DNA of 64,000 bases from Mobula birostris (lineage: Eukaryota), in contig NC_092377.1 of NCBI RefSeq assembly GCF_030028105.1, forward strand, positions 94,246,865 through 94,310,864. Direction: 5' to 3'. The notes under the pieces are model-generated. The model saw only the letters and a program-made list of their open reading frames with translations. It had not been told where the DNA came from and ran no database searches. Shown in pieces: positions 1-12,240 of the stretch (positions are counted from its first letter, which is position 1; each line of letters begins with the position of its first letter). Made by a program: the position numbers and the translations under genes.

Positions 1-354
1 AGAACAGCTGAGGTCCCATGTGTTCATCTTGTCTAACAAACAGAAACCAGAACCCCACCAAACAATACAGTGAAAGACCCCACAGAAATGTTACCAGACA
101 GGGCACTGCTTGACAGACAGAAGTGGTGCACTCTCAGCAGAGCGAGAGCGGGAGTTTGTAGGACGGGAGACAATATGGTGAAGTGGGGTTTAAAGACCAG
201 CGCATCCTGTGAGTGTGGCGAAAGGGTGCAGAACATTGAACACGTTCTGCGCAACTGCCCACTGTCACCTGATTTAGCTGACACTGACCTGCTCAACGTC
301 AACCAAACAACACTAGTGGCTGGCTGTCTGGTGTGACAAGCTATGATGATGATC
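1..354 (+). mobile_element. 3' end of a non-LTR retrotransposon (Vingi/Ingi-like, I group), running off the window start
   Basis: ORF 70-336 ends in W..LSRARAG..R..MVKWG..CECG..Q.IEHVL..CP, a C-terminal CCHC knuckle typical of I/Ingi/Vingi ORFs. A short (ATG)n tail follows at about 343-353. Confidence 0.6.
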
Positions 355-2040
355 TTGTCTTTATTCATGTTGCTTAACCTTTATCAAATAATCACCTAAT
401 CCAACACTTTCCTTTAATGTTCATTCTTTGCAGAATTTCTCACCCTTCCAAAAATGCTTTCCATCCAAAGGTTCTTAGCACTCCTTCTTTCTCAATGACA
501 AGATATTCTGCATCGCTATTTGAAAGAAGGACTCAGCTGAAAAATGTATGCTTTAACACTACTTTGACCCATTCAAGTGGTTCTGTGCTCCTTCCCTAGT
601 CAACATCTTAGAAAGATAACCTCTTTTACCCTGGTCTGAGATATCAACATTAGATCTTTCTCAATCACAAGGACCATCTAAGCCACCTTCAACACCCCCT
701 TCCTCTACCTCTATATCAGCCTATTGCCTGCTGAAACTCTCATTCATGTTTTATCATGTCCACATCTAATTATGACAATATAAACTAATTTCCATCCAAA
801 GTCCCACACTGCTGAACAAATGATATAACAGCAAAAAGAAATATCTAGCATATTTCCATGAGACGATAAGACGGGCAGAACTTGGCCATTCAGCCCATCG
901 AGTCCACACCATTATCAATCACAGCTTATTGTTTGTCCTTCTGAACCCCATTCTCCAGCTTTCTCCCCCTAACCTTTGATGCCCTTAATAATCAAGGCTG
1001 ATCAACCTCCGCTTTAAATGTGCCCAATGATTTGGCCTCGACAGCCGTCTGGTATAATGAATTCCACAGATTCAGCACCCTCTGGCTAAAGAAATTCTTC
1101 CTCCCTGTCCTAAAGAGACATCCTTGTATTCCAAAGCTGTGCTCTTTCTAGGCCCTTCAATATTTGATTAGTTTCAATGAGATCCTCCCTGATTCTTATA
1201 AACTCCAGCAAGTACCAGCCCAGAGCCATCATGCGCTCATCGTACATTAACCCTTTCATCCCAGGGACCATTCTCATGAACCTACTCTGGACCCTCTCCA
1301 AAGCTAGCAAATCCCTTTTTTTTTTAAAAAAACGTAAGAGGCCCAAAAACTTCAAATGCAGTTTGACAATGCCTTATAAAGCCCCAGCATTACATCCTTG
1401 CTTTTATATCATACTCTTCTTGAAATAGCATTTGCCTTCCTTACTACAAACTCAAGTAGCATGTTGACCTTTAGGGAATCCTGCACTAAGCTCAAATAAG
1501 ACCCTTTGCACTTCCAATTTTTGAATTTGCTCCCCACCTTTATTCCTTCTACCAAAGGATACCCTTCCATCTGCCACTTTTTTTTGCCCATTCTCCTACT
1601 ATGCCCAAGTCCTTTTGCATACTCCCTACTTCCTCAACACAATCTACCCCTTCACCTATCTTTGTCATCGTCCACAAACTTGGCCATAAAGTCATCAATT
1701 CCATCATAAAGATCATTGATATATAATGTAAAAAGAAGCAGCTCAACACTGACCCCTGTGGAACATCTCTAGTCACTGACAGCCAACCAGAAAATGCCCT
1801 CTTTATTCCCATTCTTTGCCTCCTACCAGACAAACAATCTTCTATCTATGCTGGTACCTTTCCTGTAATACCATCCTGTTTAGCAGTCTCGTGTTCGCCA
1901 CCTTGTCAAAGGCTTTCTGAAAATCCAAGTTAACAATATCACCTGACCCTCCTTTATCATCCTGTCTGTTATTTCCTCAAAGAATTCCAACAGAATTGTC
2001 AGGCAAGATTTTCCAAGTAAACCATGCTGACTTCAACATA

Positions 2041-3602
2041 CAGAGGTGCTAGAAAGTTTGTGAACCCTGTAGAATTTTCTCTATTTCTGCATAAATATGA
2101 ACTAAAATGTGATCAGATCTTCATGCAAGTCCTAAAACTACATAAAGAGAACCCAATTAAATAAATACAATCTAATATTACATGTATTTGTTAGAAAGAA
2201 TAGGTAAACCTTGGGGGTAATGCCTTCTACAAAAGCTATTTGGAGTCAGGTATTCCAATCAATGAGATGAGATTGGAGATGTGAGTTGTAGAGGTGCCCT
2301 ACCCCATAAAAAAGACAAAAAGTCAGGTTACTGACAGAGCCTGCTCTTCTCAAGAAAGATCTTTTTGTGTGCACCCTGCCTCAATCAAACCAACTTTCAG
2401 AGAACCTTAGAAGAAAAATTGTAGAGATGCATGAAGCTGGAAAAGGCTACAAAAGCATTTCAAAAGACTTGAGTGTTCATCAGTCCACAGTAAGAGAAAA
2501 TATGCACAAATGGAGGAAACAGTACTGCTGCTACTCTCCCTAGGAGCGGACATCCTGCAAAGATCACACCAAGAGCACAACATGCAATGCTGAAGGAGAT
2601 GAGAAAGAACCCAAGGGTAATAGAAATCCCTAGAACTTGCTGAAGTCGCTATTCATGTGTCCACTATAAGAAAAACACTGAACAAGAATAGTGTTCATGG
2701 AAGGACACCACAGAGGAAACCACTGCTCTCTAAAAAACAACATTGATGCATGACTCAAGTTTGCCAAAGACCACCTAGATGTTCTACAATGCATCTAGGA
2801 CAATGTTCTGTGGACAGATGAGGCAAAAGTTGAACTTTCTGGCAGAAATGTATATTGCTACGTTTGGAGGAAAAAGGGCACTACACACCAACACCAAAAC
2901 CTCATCCCAACTGAGAAGCATGGTGGAAGGAGCATCATCTTTTAGAGCTGTTTTGTTGCCCCCAGGCCTGGACAGCTTGCAATCATTGAGGGAATAATGA
3001 ATACAAAATCGTATCATGACATTTTACAGGAGAATATCAGTGTAGCAGTCTGTTACATGAAGATTAATAGAAGTTGGATAATGCAACAGAGCAATGATCT
3101 GAAAGACAATAATAAATAACAACAGAATGATTTAAAAAGAAGAAAATTCATGTTTTGGTATGGCTGAGGCAAAGTCCTGACCTTAATTCTATAGAAATGT
3201 TGTGGAAGGACCTGAAGCAAGCAGTTCATGCAAAGAAGCCCACCGATATCCCAGAGTTGAAGCAGTTTTTTTCAGGAGGAATGGCTAAAATTCCTTCAAG
3301 TCAATGTGCAGGACTGATCAACAGTTACCGGAAATATTTGGTTGAAGTTATTGCCATACAAGGGGGTCACACCAGCTACCGAAAGCAAAGATTCACATAC
3401 TTTTTCCAACAAATACATGTAATATTGGATCATTTTTCTCAAAAAAATAAATGAATAAATATAATTTTTTTGTGTTATTTATTTCATTGGGTTCTCTTTA
3501 TCTAGTTTCAGGACTTGCATGAAGATCCAATCACATTTTATGTCATACTTATGCCAAAATAGAGAAAATTCTACAGCATTCACAAACTTTCTAGCACCAC
3601 CG
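2041..3602 (+). mobile_element. Tc1/mariner DNA transposon, full length, defective
   Basis: Long TIRs (cagaggtgctagaaagtttgtgaaccctgtagaattttctc ... gagaaaattctacagcattcacaaactttctagcaccaccg) flanked by TA at 2039-2040 and 3603-3604. Confidence 0.95.
2376..3380 (+). pseudogene. Frameshifted Tc1 transposase
   Basis: Fragments QLSENLRRKIVEMHEAGKGYKSISKDL (paired-like HTH), VLWTDEAKVEL (first D), MQQSNDLK (second D region, mutated) and QSPDLNSIEMLW (E). The start codon has decayed to CTG; there are multiple frameshifts and stops. Confidence 0.9.
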
Positions 3603-4843
3603 TATTTTATCATGTGCCTTCAAGTACCTCGAAACCGCATCCTTAATAATGGACTCCAACATCTTGCCAACTTCTGAACCCCTTTCAGAACCCTAGGGTG
3701 AAGTCCATCTGGTCTAGGTGATTATCTACATTCAGACCTTTCAGCAAGTACCTTCTCCTTAGTAATAGCGACTATACTCACTTCTGCCTCCTGACACTCT
3801 CGAATTTATGGTATATTGCTGGTGTCTTCCACAATGGAGACTGATGCAAAATACCTACAGTTCGTCCACCATTTCTCTGTTCCCCTTCATTTTTCCAGCA
3901 TCATTTCCCACTATTCCGACATTCACTCTTGACTCTCTTTTACTTTTTATATATCTGAAAAAAAACTTTGGTAACCTCTTTTATATTATTGGCTAGCTTA
4001 ACTTCCTATTTCATAATTTCTCTCCTTATTGTTTTTTAAGTTGCTTTCTGTTAGTTGCTATAAGCTTCCCAATCCTCTACCTTCCCATTAATTTTTGCTA
4101 TATCGTATGCTCTCTGTTTTGCTTTTATGCTGTCTTTGTCTTGCCTTGTCAGCCATGGTTGCCTCATCCTCCCTTTAGAATGCTGCTTCTTTGGAATGAA
4201 CTGATCCTATGCCTTCCATAATTGGTCCCAGGAACTGGAGCAACTGCTGCTATGCTATCATCCCTGCTACTATCCATTTCCAATCAACTTTGGCCAGCTC
4301 CTCTTTGTCTCTTTAGTTCCCTTTACTCTACTGATTTTAGTTTCTTCCTCTCAAGCTATAGGGTGAATTCTATCATCAGTGATTATGAGCACTGCCTCCT
4401 CAGGGTTCTTTTACTTTTAAGTTCCCAAATCAAATCTGGTACATTACACAACACCCAATCCAGAATTGCTTTTTTCCCAGTGGGTTTAACTATAATTTCC
4501 TTGGTGCGTGTGTGCTGTAGATTATAAGTGTGTAACTTGAGGGTATGAAAACTACAGAATCAGAAAAAAATTCAGACACAGAAGTACCTTGATACGGACA
4601 AGAAATGCAGGCTTGATTAAGACAGATGGGAAGGAAAGGAACAATGGGAAGAGGATCAGCTTGAACAAAAGACATTATGAAAGTAAGTGCTGAAGTATTA
4701 AGATAATCCAGAAAGGCTTGTTATGACAGGTTTATTGTCTCGGTTAGGATATGTCCTTGTTAAGCAACTAAGTGTCATTAAACAATTGGTTCGAACTCTT
4801 TTGCTGTAATTTAGTTCTATAATTTAGTTTTATTTCAGCTTAC

Positions 4844-4969
4844 CTCCACATCTGGAACACTGCGGGGCTGAACCAGACACAGCATGCTTAACAGCTGTAG
4901 AATTAGCTCTTCAATATATTGCAAAGCATCCTCAGTAGATTTAAGCTTGGGATGTACTTGTTGTTGAAC
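4844..4969 (-). CDS. SOS1: Internal coding exon (exon 2) of Son of sevenless homolog, N-terminal histone-fold domain; most similar to SOS1
   Basis: 126 nt, phase 0-0, open frame [42 protein letters not shown]. The acceptor is ttgcttttccatttgctgttgacAG (4970-4971) and the donor is GTAAGC (4843-4838). It matches the vertebrate SOS1 exon-2 peptide as I recall it ([42 protein letters not shown]) better than SOS2; the paralog call is from memory, not a search. Confidence 0.93.
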
Positions 4970-5309
4970 CTGTCAACAGCAAATGGAAAAGCAACTTACA
5001 ATTAAAACCCAAACAAAACAATTAATAAATACACATTTCATAATTTTTAAATTTCCCAAGTAATACTTCAAATACCCGACTAAAAAAGTTATTTCCATAT
5101 GCAATATTTTATGGTATTCTGAGCTGTATATTTTTGATTGGCAGTATATTCAACTCTAACCAAAAAAAGTTGATATATTCTAAATATGGTCACCTATTTG
5201 GCTCATCTACATTCATCCATCCAGAAAGGTCAAGTTCTCTCCCATGACAAATTTGGTTCAGCTTTGGATATGTTACAGGTCCACTGGCTTCATTAACAAT
5301 TAAACAGAG

Positions 5310-5622
5310 ATAGGTGTGTAAAAAGAGCCCAAAGGATCATCGGAGACCCAAGTCATCCCAACCATAAACTGTTCCAGCTGCTACCATCTGGGAAATGGCA
5401 CCGCAGCATAAAAGCCAGGACCAACAGGCTCCGGGACAGCTTCTTCCACCAGGCCATCAAACTGATTAATTCACGCTGATAATTGCATTTCTATGCTACA
5501 TTGACGGTCCTGTTGTACATACTATTTAGTACAAATTACTATAAATTGCACATTTAGACGGAGACATAACATAAAGATTTTTACTCCTTATGTATGTGAA
5601 GGATGTAAGTAATAAAGTCAAT
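5310..5622 (+). mobile_element. 3' fragment of a Rex1/Babar-like LINE
   Basis: Encodes the C-terminal IIGDPSHPNHKLFQLLPSGK..RSIKARTNRLRDSFFHQAI motif, followed by a 3'UTR ending in aataaagtcaat. Confidence 0.75.
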
Positions 5623-6702
5623 CCACAGTTCAAATGCTGTTTGTATGCCTAATTATTCTGGGAGTTGACTTGACTGATATTATCGATTTGCAGAAGAGGA
5701 TCATCTGGAACGTCATAGTGCTATTGCATGACTTGAATTGGATATTCTTATCTTTACAGTAAGTACTAATGCAATCATTCATAAGGCACATCAAGCATAC
5801 ACAACGTTTAACTGAATTACCTAATTCCTTTTACTTCACTGAATGTGAACATTAAAGGTCATGTATGTTCAATCAGATTGCTTCAATCAACCCTTTCCAT
5901 TTATTCATGATCTTCAATTACTACAAAAACCCTCCCAACATCTGGTAATAATTTTACTCAACTTAAACAGGACATATTTCTACAAGTCTGCCATTCAACC
6001 CTGGATGAGCACCCATTCTCTGCAAATACCTGTCTTTCCACTGTCTGATTTCAGTGCAAATTTTTGGTAGAAGTACATTCAATCAGAAGTGGAATCCACC
6101 TGCTTAACTTAGTCGTGACCTTTACCCGGCTTCTACTGAGGAATTGATGCAGAGCCAATATCCAAGAAGAAATGCAAATCACTGAAATGGAATCTTGATC
6201 TCTATTTGAGTCTAGTCTACATTTCACAGATTTGCAGGAATTCAAGACTATTCAGAGCTAAGCTTAACGCAACTATTATATTTTTAGGATGAATTCTACC
6301 AAAGACCTCTTCCTATTAACAGAAATCCTAAAATGTGATTGCTCAAGAAGAAAGAATTTGGTATTGTATTGCACATATATTGCATTTCTTAATTTAAAAG
6401 TCAATTCAATGCAATAATCAAAGTGTGTGTGAAAATAATTTAGCAGCACTAAATAAACCCTTAGTTTAAACCCAGAGCCCCTTATTCTACACCCTTAATT
6501 ATGAAATCATATTCCAGCTTATCCATTACTAATCTCTGAATATTCACATGTCTCCTCATGCCCCTCTCTTCCTTCTTTGACTTATCCCATCTACTTTCGT
6601 CTAGTCCTCCCTTTCCACCTGCATCAGGACACTTCTTGTGCTCTCAAGCATTCTGATCACTTTCAATTTCTTTGGCACCAACATCCCATGGGCATCTAGT
6701 CT

Positions 6703-6738
6703 AGTCCTGACGAAGGGTCTCGGCCTGAAACGTCGACT
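6703..6738 (+). ncRNA. Minimal type I hammerhead ribozyme (intact core)
   Basis: AGUC CUGACGA AGG-GUCUCGG-CCU GAAAC GUC GACU. Stem I is AGUC/GACU, with the CUGANGA and GAAA boxes, stem II AGG/CCU, palindromic ACGU as stem III (dimer-dependent) and a GUC cleavage triplet at 6732-6734. Confidence 0.8.
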
Positions 6739-6800
6739 GCGCCTCTTCCTACAGATGCTGCCTGGCCTGCTGCGTTCACCAGCAACTTTGATGTGTGTTG
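6703..6800 (+). mobile_element. ~98-nt Penelope-derived mini-element carrying a hammerhead ribozyme
   Basis: Nearly identical to the 3' terminus of the Penelope copies (52039-52136). Flanked by the direct repeat CTAGTCT (6696-6702 and 6801-6807). Confidence 0.85.
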
Positions 6801-7074
6801 CTAGTCTTTATACATTTCCATTTCCCCCAGCAGGAAGGATTTAGGGCCCTCTGCTTCTTTCTTGAGCATGGGCTCTTGCATGGGCTGCAACTACAACTGT
6901 CTTTTCATTGGCTACATGTAACCATCTTTATCTCAAACCTACTCTGGCACCTCTCCATAACTCTTTCACCATTATATTAACTGCATTGGTGCTGCTTCCT
7001 ATAATCATGTGAAACTCCTCAGTTTTATCACCTTTGCTACAGATTCATTTGGACCACTTTTGACACTAAGACTG

Positions 7075-7315
7075 TCATTGTGTGTGAGTGATTGAGTGGG
7101 AGGTATGGGGCTTGTTTTTCTGTTATTCTGTATTGTAGTTGTTGCTTGTGTAGCCCTGCTGAATATTGTGAGCATGCTATGTTGGCACCGGAATGTATAG
7201 CAATACTTGCGGGCCGCCCCCAGTGTACCCCTAGGTGGTATTAGTTAACGGAGAAAATGCATTTCACTGTATGTTTTGATGTACATGTGAATCTGAAAAA
7301 CTGAATCTGAATCTA
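7075..7315 (+). mobile_element. 3'UTR/tail of a LINE- or SINE-like retroposon
   Basis: Ends in the tandem tail (gaatct)n at about 7289-7314. No ORF. Confidence 0.45.
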
Positions 7316-8269
7316 AACTAGAGTTTTATTCCTTGGAACTTAGGAAGTTAAGTGATAATTTGAAGTTTTAAAAGCACTAGGAGAACTGATGAGGCAGACA
7401 GAAAATATTTTCAGTAGTTGAGGTCCTTAACAGTATTATTATTCTTTTACTGTTGTTACATGTACCAAGATACAGTGAGAAGCTTTTACTTGTGTGCAAT
7501 TCCACAGCTGGTTTCCCATCAAATTGTCACTATAAATACAAAGTAAGCAAAATTAAATAAACCTTTCAAAACCAGGCAGTGATTAGAGAATAGAAACTTT
7601 TAGACAAGGTGCGATTGAGGTATTAGAGCAAATAAATATTGATTTTTACAGGAGTGATATAAAAATGAGATCCTAATGTGGTTAATGAAGTAGAGAAGAA
7701 TTCAAAGAGCATAAAAGCAGCATATGGCATTTGTGACTGACTCAAATTTTCTATGCTGCATTTTCTATTTCTCTTGATTGTCCTTAAATCATAATCAGGG
7801 GCCTTCCAATCTTACAATGCATGTCTGGTTACAAATAATTTTCTGTGAAAAATCTCTGTTATATATTGTTAACGTAATGAACTTTGCCAATACCAGTGCA
7901 TTAATGGTGCTGTATTAAAAGAAACTGCTGAGTATAATCTTGACCACTAGGTGTCAATAATGCCATTAACATTTTGATGCTTTTTAAAAATCAGATATGG
8001 TATAATTCTCTGGCATCTTGCTTCAGGTTCAGGGAACATTTCCAGGAACAAAAGCACTAATTTGGGTTCTCTGTGATGTGTGAACCTCTGCTCTCGCAGG
8101 TTCTGGGCATTGCTATGCTGGGTGCCTTTTCACAGGGTTTTGACCCAAAAAGTCAGCAATTCTTTATCTCTCATAGAAGCTGCTCAACCCAGAAGGTTCA
8201 TCCAATAAGATTTGCTTCAACTGGTACAAACCCTGCCTTAGTTGTTGCTGCACAATGTTACAAAAAACA

Positions 8270-9585
8270 AAACAGCACTGTACAGACCTTTTGGCTTAAA
8301 ATGTTGTGTCAACCTTTTAACCTATTTTAAAACCAAGCTAACCCTTCCCTCCTCTATAATGCACTATTTTTCTATCATCCGTGTGCCTATTTAAGTATTT
8401 CCTAAATGCCCCTAACGTGCCTGCCTCTATCACCAGCCAAAAAAAAGGCCATTCCATGCACCTACCACACTCTGTGTAAGAAAAACTTCTCTGACATCCT
8501 CCCTATACTTTCCTTCGATCACTTAAAATCATGTCCCCTTGCATTAGCCATTTCCACCCTGGCAAATAGTCTCTGGCTATCCATGCTATCTATGTCTCTC
8601 ATCATCTTGTATACCTCTATCAAGTCACTTCCCATCCTCTTTCGCTCCAAAGAGAAAATCCCTAACTCACTCAACCTATCTTCATAAGACATGCTCGCTA
8701 GTCAAGGCAGCATCCTCTGCACCCTCTCCAAACATTCCAAATCTTTCCTATAATGAGGCGACCAGAATGGAACATAAGTGAAGTCTAACCAGAGTTTTAT
8801 AAAGCTGAAACATTACTTGTGGCTCTTGAACTCAATCCCTGACTACCAAAGGCCAACACACCATACACCTTCTTAACCACCCTGTCAATTTGCATATCAA
8901 CTTAGAGATCCATGGATGCGGATCCCGAGATCTTTCTGCTCCTCCCCATCAACAAGAATCCTTTCATTACCGTTGTATTCTGCCTTCAAATTCAACCTTC
9001 CAAAATGAATCATTTCACAATTTTCTGGGTTGAACTCCACTTGCCACTTCTGAGCCCAGTTGTGCATTCTGCCAATGTCCTGTTGCAAACTACAACAATC
9101 CTCCATTCTATCCACGACTCCACCAACCTTTATGTCATCTGCAAACCAATCTACTCTTCTACTTCCTCACCTAAGTAGTTTATAAAAAACAACAAAGAGC
9201 AGGAGTCCCCGAACAGATCCCTGTGGAACATGTTGTTTACTGATCTCCAAGCAGAATACTCTCTGTATATTACCTTCAATGGCCAAATCAATTTTGTAAC
9301 CACATAACCAAGTTTCTCTGGATCCTATGCTCCCTTTCTGAAAGAGGCTACCAAGGGGAATCTTATCAAATGTCCCCTTCGTAGGCTCTTTCAGGAAGGG
9401 GGCATATCCACTGCTCTACCTTCATTGATGTGCTTTGTCCATTCCTCAAAGAAGTCAAGCAGGCTTTTGAAGCATGGCCAACCCATCACAAAGCCATGCT
9501 GACTATCCCTAATCATACTATGCTTCTCCAAATACTCATAAATCATGTCTCTAAGAATCTCTACAATAATGTGCTCAACACTGAA
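8270..9585 (-). mobile_element. Degenerate CR1 LINE
   Basis: Minus-strand ORFs LQQDIGRM..WA.KWQVEFNPE.CE..HFGR and IRDSQHGF..G..C...LL.FFEE.TK.I.EG.AVD. Confidence 0.85.
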
Positions 9586-9959
9586 GTATTTGAGCAAGAA
9601 TTCCAAATAGTCTCATCTTTAGCATAAAGCTGAACTTGAATTTTTTGATGTCCTGTCATTCTAAATACCCAATTAAGAGTTATAAACCTATCAGTATCTT
9701 TCAATAGCTTAATTCTACAACTTAATCTGAATTCCAATCTTAGAATAGAACAATGCCAACCACTGGTACTGTCTACACTGCACTCTCTTTAAACTGGAAT
9801 GTATGGTACTCAGAACCGATCAAAGCACTGGGAAATGCAAAGATGGCATGCTGAGGAAACCACAGATAACAAAGTATATTGAAGATTTGATTAAAAAAGG
9901 GAAGCACATTACAAGCAACTGTAAGCAAATGAGACCTTGGATATAAAGGGTGCATGAAA

Positions 9960-10508
9960 TATAGAACATAGAATAGTACAGCACAATACAGGTCCTTCAG
10001 CCCACAATGTTGTGCCGACCCCTAAACCCTGCCTCCCATATAACACCCACTTTAAATTCCTCCATATACCTGTCTAGTAGTCTCTCAAATTTCACTAGTG
10101 TATCTGCCTCCACCACTGACTCAGGTAGTACATTCCACACACCAACCACTCTGAGTAAAAAACCTTCCCCTAATATCCCCCTTGAACTTCCCACCCCTTA
10201 CCTTAAAGCCATGTCCTCTTGTATTGAGCAGTGGTGCCCTGGGGAAGAGGCGCTGGCTATCCACTCTATCTATTCCTCTTAATATCTTGTACACCTCTAT
10301 CATGTCTCCTCTCATCCTCCTTCTCTCCAAAGAGTAAAGCCCAAGCTCCCTTAATCTCTGATCATAATGCATACTCTCTAAACCAGCCAGCATCCTGGTA
10401 AATCTCCTCCGTACCCTTTCCGATGCTTCCACATCCTTCCTATAGTGAGGTGACCAGAACTGGACACACTGCTCCTCCACACTACCAAGTATCCTGCCAT
10501 TTACTTTG
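9960..10508 (-). mobile_element. Young 5'-truncated CR1 LINE 3' end with an internal deletion (same family as 35053-36139)
   Basis: CVQFWSPHYRKDVEA.ERV.RRFTRML.GLE..Y..RL..LGLYSLERRR.RGD.IEVYKI. The tail is (ttctatg)-like and the DNA is near-identical to 35053-35570. Confidence 0.9.
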
Positions 10509-10986
10509 GAGAATCCTATTCTACAAGAGGTGGAGGGAAGCTTTTCTAATTGGGAGTCTGTGACTAGTGGTGTAACTAAAGAATAGTGCGAGGACCTTTG
10601 TTGTTTGTGAGGCACATTGACAACTTGGATATGAATGCAAGAGGTATCAAGTCCGAGTTTAACAGCATGGAAATAGGTCCTTTGCCCCCATTACAACCCA
10701 GTGAGCTCCTCCCATCAGTCTGCATTTGGCCCATAGCATTTTAAACCACTCATCCATGTACTTACCTAGAGGGCTTTTAAATGTAAAGTGTGCTCCCCCC
10801 AACCACTATTGCTGGCAGCTCATTTCAAATATGCACCGCTCTTCGTGTTCAAAGTACTTTGATTTTTGAACGCTTTGTGTGAAGATGCTGCTCCTGATAT
10901 CCCTTTTAACTGTCTTGCATCTGATCTTAAAGAGATACCTTTTTTTTCAAGCATCCCCTCTGTGGGAAAATGACTATATTCCCGAA

Positions 10987-11177
10987 TCACAAATGAGAAA
11001 ATCTGTAGATGCTGGAAATTCAAGCAACACACAGAAAATGCTGCAGGAATTCAGCAGGCTAAGCGACATCTAGGGAAAAAAGTACAGTTGACACTTCAGC
11101 CCAAAACATCAACTGTACTTTTTTTTCCATAGATGCTGCCTGGCCTGCTGAGTTCCTCCAGTATTTTCTGTGTGTTC
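10987..11177. repeat. Head-to-head pair of Penelope 3'-end/hammerhead units forming an inverted repeat
   Basis: The left arm aacacacagaaaatgctg...gtacagttgac (from 11026) is complementary to the right arm atcaactgtac...cagtattttctgtgtgtt (to 11176). The centre is near 11100, inside the ribozyme. Confidence 0.8.
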
Positions 11178-11184
11178 CTGAGTA

Positions 11185-12240
11185 CTTGAATGTGTGCCTT
11201 CATGCTTCTGTACTTCCTTCCTGATGGCAGCAATGAGAACAAGGGCTGACTCCTTTGAGGCATCACTCCTTGAACTTGTCCTGGATGCTACAGAGGCTAG
11301 TGCTCATGATGGAGCTGACTAAGTTTACAACTCTGTGCAGTTTATTTCAATCTAGTGTAGTAGCCTACCCCCCCCACCCCCACACCAGATGGTGATGCAG
11401 CCAGTTAGAATGCTCTCCATGGTACATTTGTAGGAATTTGTAAGTGTTTTTGGTGACATACCAAATCACTTCAAACTCCTAATGAAACATAGCCACTGTC
11501 GTGCCTTCTTTGTAGCTGCATCTCTATGTTGGGTCCAGGTTAGATCCACAGGGACTTTGACACTCAAGAACTTGAAATTGCTCACTCTTTGCACTTCTGA
11601 TCTCTCTACAAAGACTGGTGTGTGTTCTCTCATCCTACCCTTTCTGAAGTCCATAATCAGCTGTTTGGTCTTACTGACAGAGTGCAAGGTTGTTCCTGTG
11701 ACACCACTCAACTAGCTGATATACTTCACTCCGATATTTCCTCTTATCACCATCTGAAATTCTGCCAACAACGGTTGTATTGTCAGCAAATTTCTCGATG
11801 GCATTTAAGGTGTGCCTAGCCATACAGTCATGGGGGAAAAGAGACTAGAGCAGTGAGCTAAGCATACATCCCTGATATAGGCTAGTGTTGATTGTCAGTG
11901 AGGAGAGATGTTATTTCCGACCTACACACATTGGGGTCTTCCGGTTAGGAAGCAGAGGATCCAGTTGCAGAGGAAGGTACAGAGGCCCAGGTTCTGAAGC
12001 TTTTTGATCATAACTGTAGGAAATATTGTGTTAAATGCTGAGCTGTAGTCAATAAAAAGCATCCTGACATAGGTATTTGTATTGTCCAGGTGATCCAAGG
12101 CCATATGAAGAACCAATGAGGTCACATTGGTTGTAGACCTATTGTGGCAATAGACAAACTGCAGTGGGTCCAGGTGCTTGCTGAGACAGGAGTTAATTCC
12201 AGCCATAACTATTCTCTCAAAGCACTTCATCACTGTAAAT
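11185..12240 (-). mobile_element. Rex1/Babar-like LINE RT fragment
   Basis: [10 protein letters not shown]...LDPLQF.Y..NRST...[17 protein letters not shown] and SKTKQLIMDFRK motifs. Confidence 0.85.

Larger units (their letters stand above)
862..4485 (-). mobile_element. Degenerate CR1-type LINE with internal deletions, split by a Tc1 insertion
   Basis: Minus-strand ORFs carry CR1 RT and C-terminal motifs (ALERVQSRF.RM.PG..GL.Y.ER; VTRDVPQGSVL). The LINE sequence reads through across the Tc1 (..accatgctgacttcaacaTA | TAttttatcatgtgcc..). Confidence 0.85.
6575..7065 (+). mobile_element. Old, degenerate Penelope-like RT fragment
   Basis: Colinear with the RT region of the 13209-15618 Penelope (LSPLV.SLPT.IRDTS.AL ... 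SLYTSIP.QEGLRAL.FFL), and interrupted by the hammerhead mini-element. Confidence 0.6.

Noticed and set aside
360-4843. SOS exon 3 within the window
   Set aside because: No ERVQKSFPHPIDKWA-like frame was found; the region is almost entirely repeat-derived.
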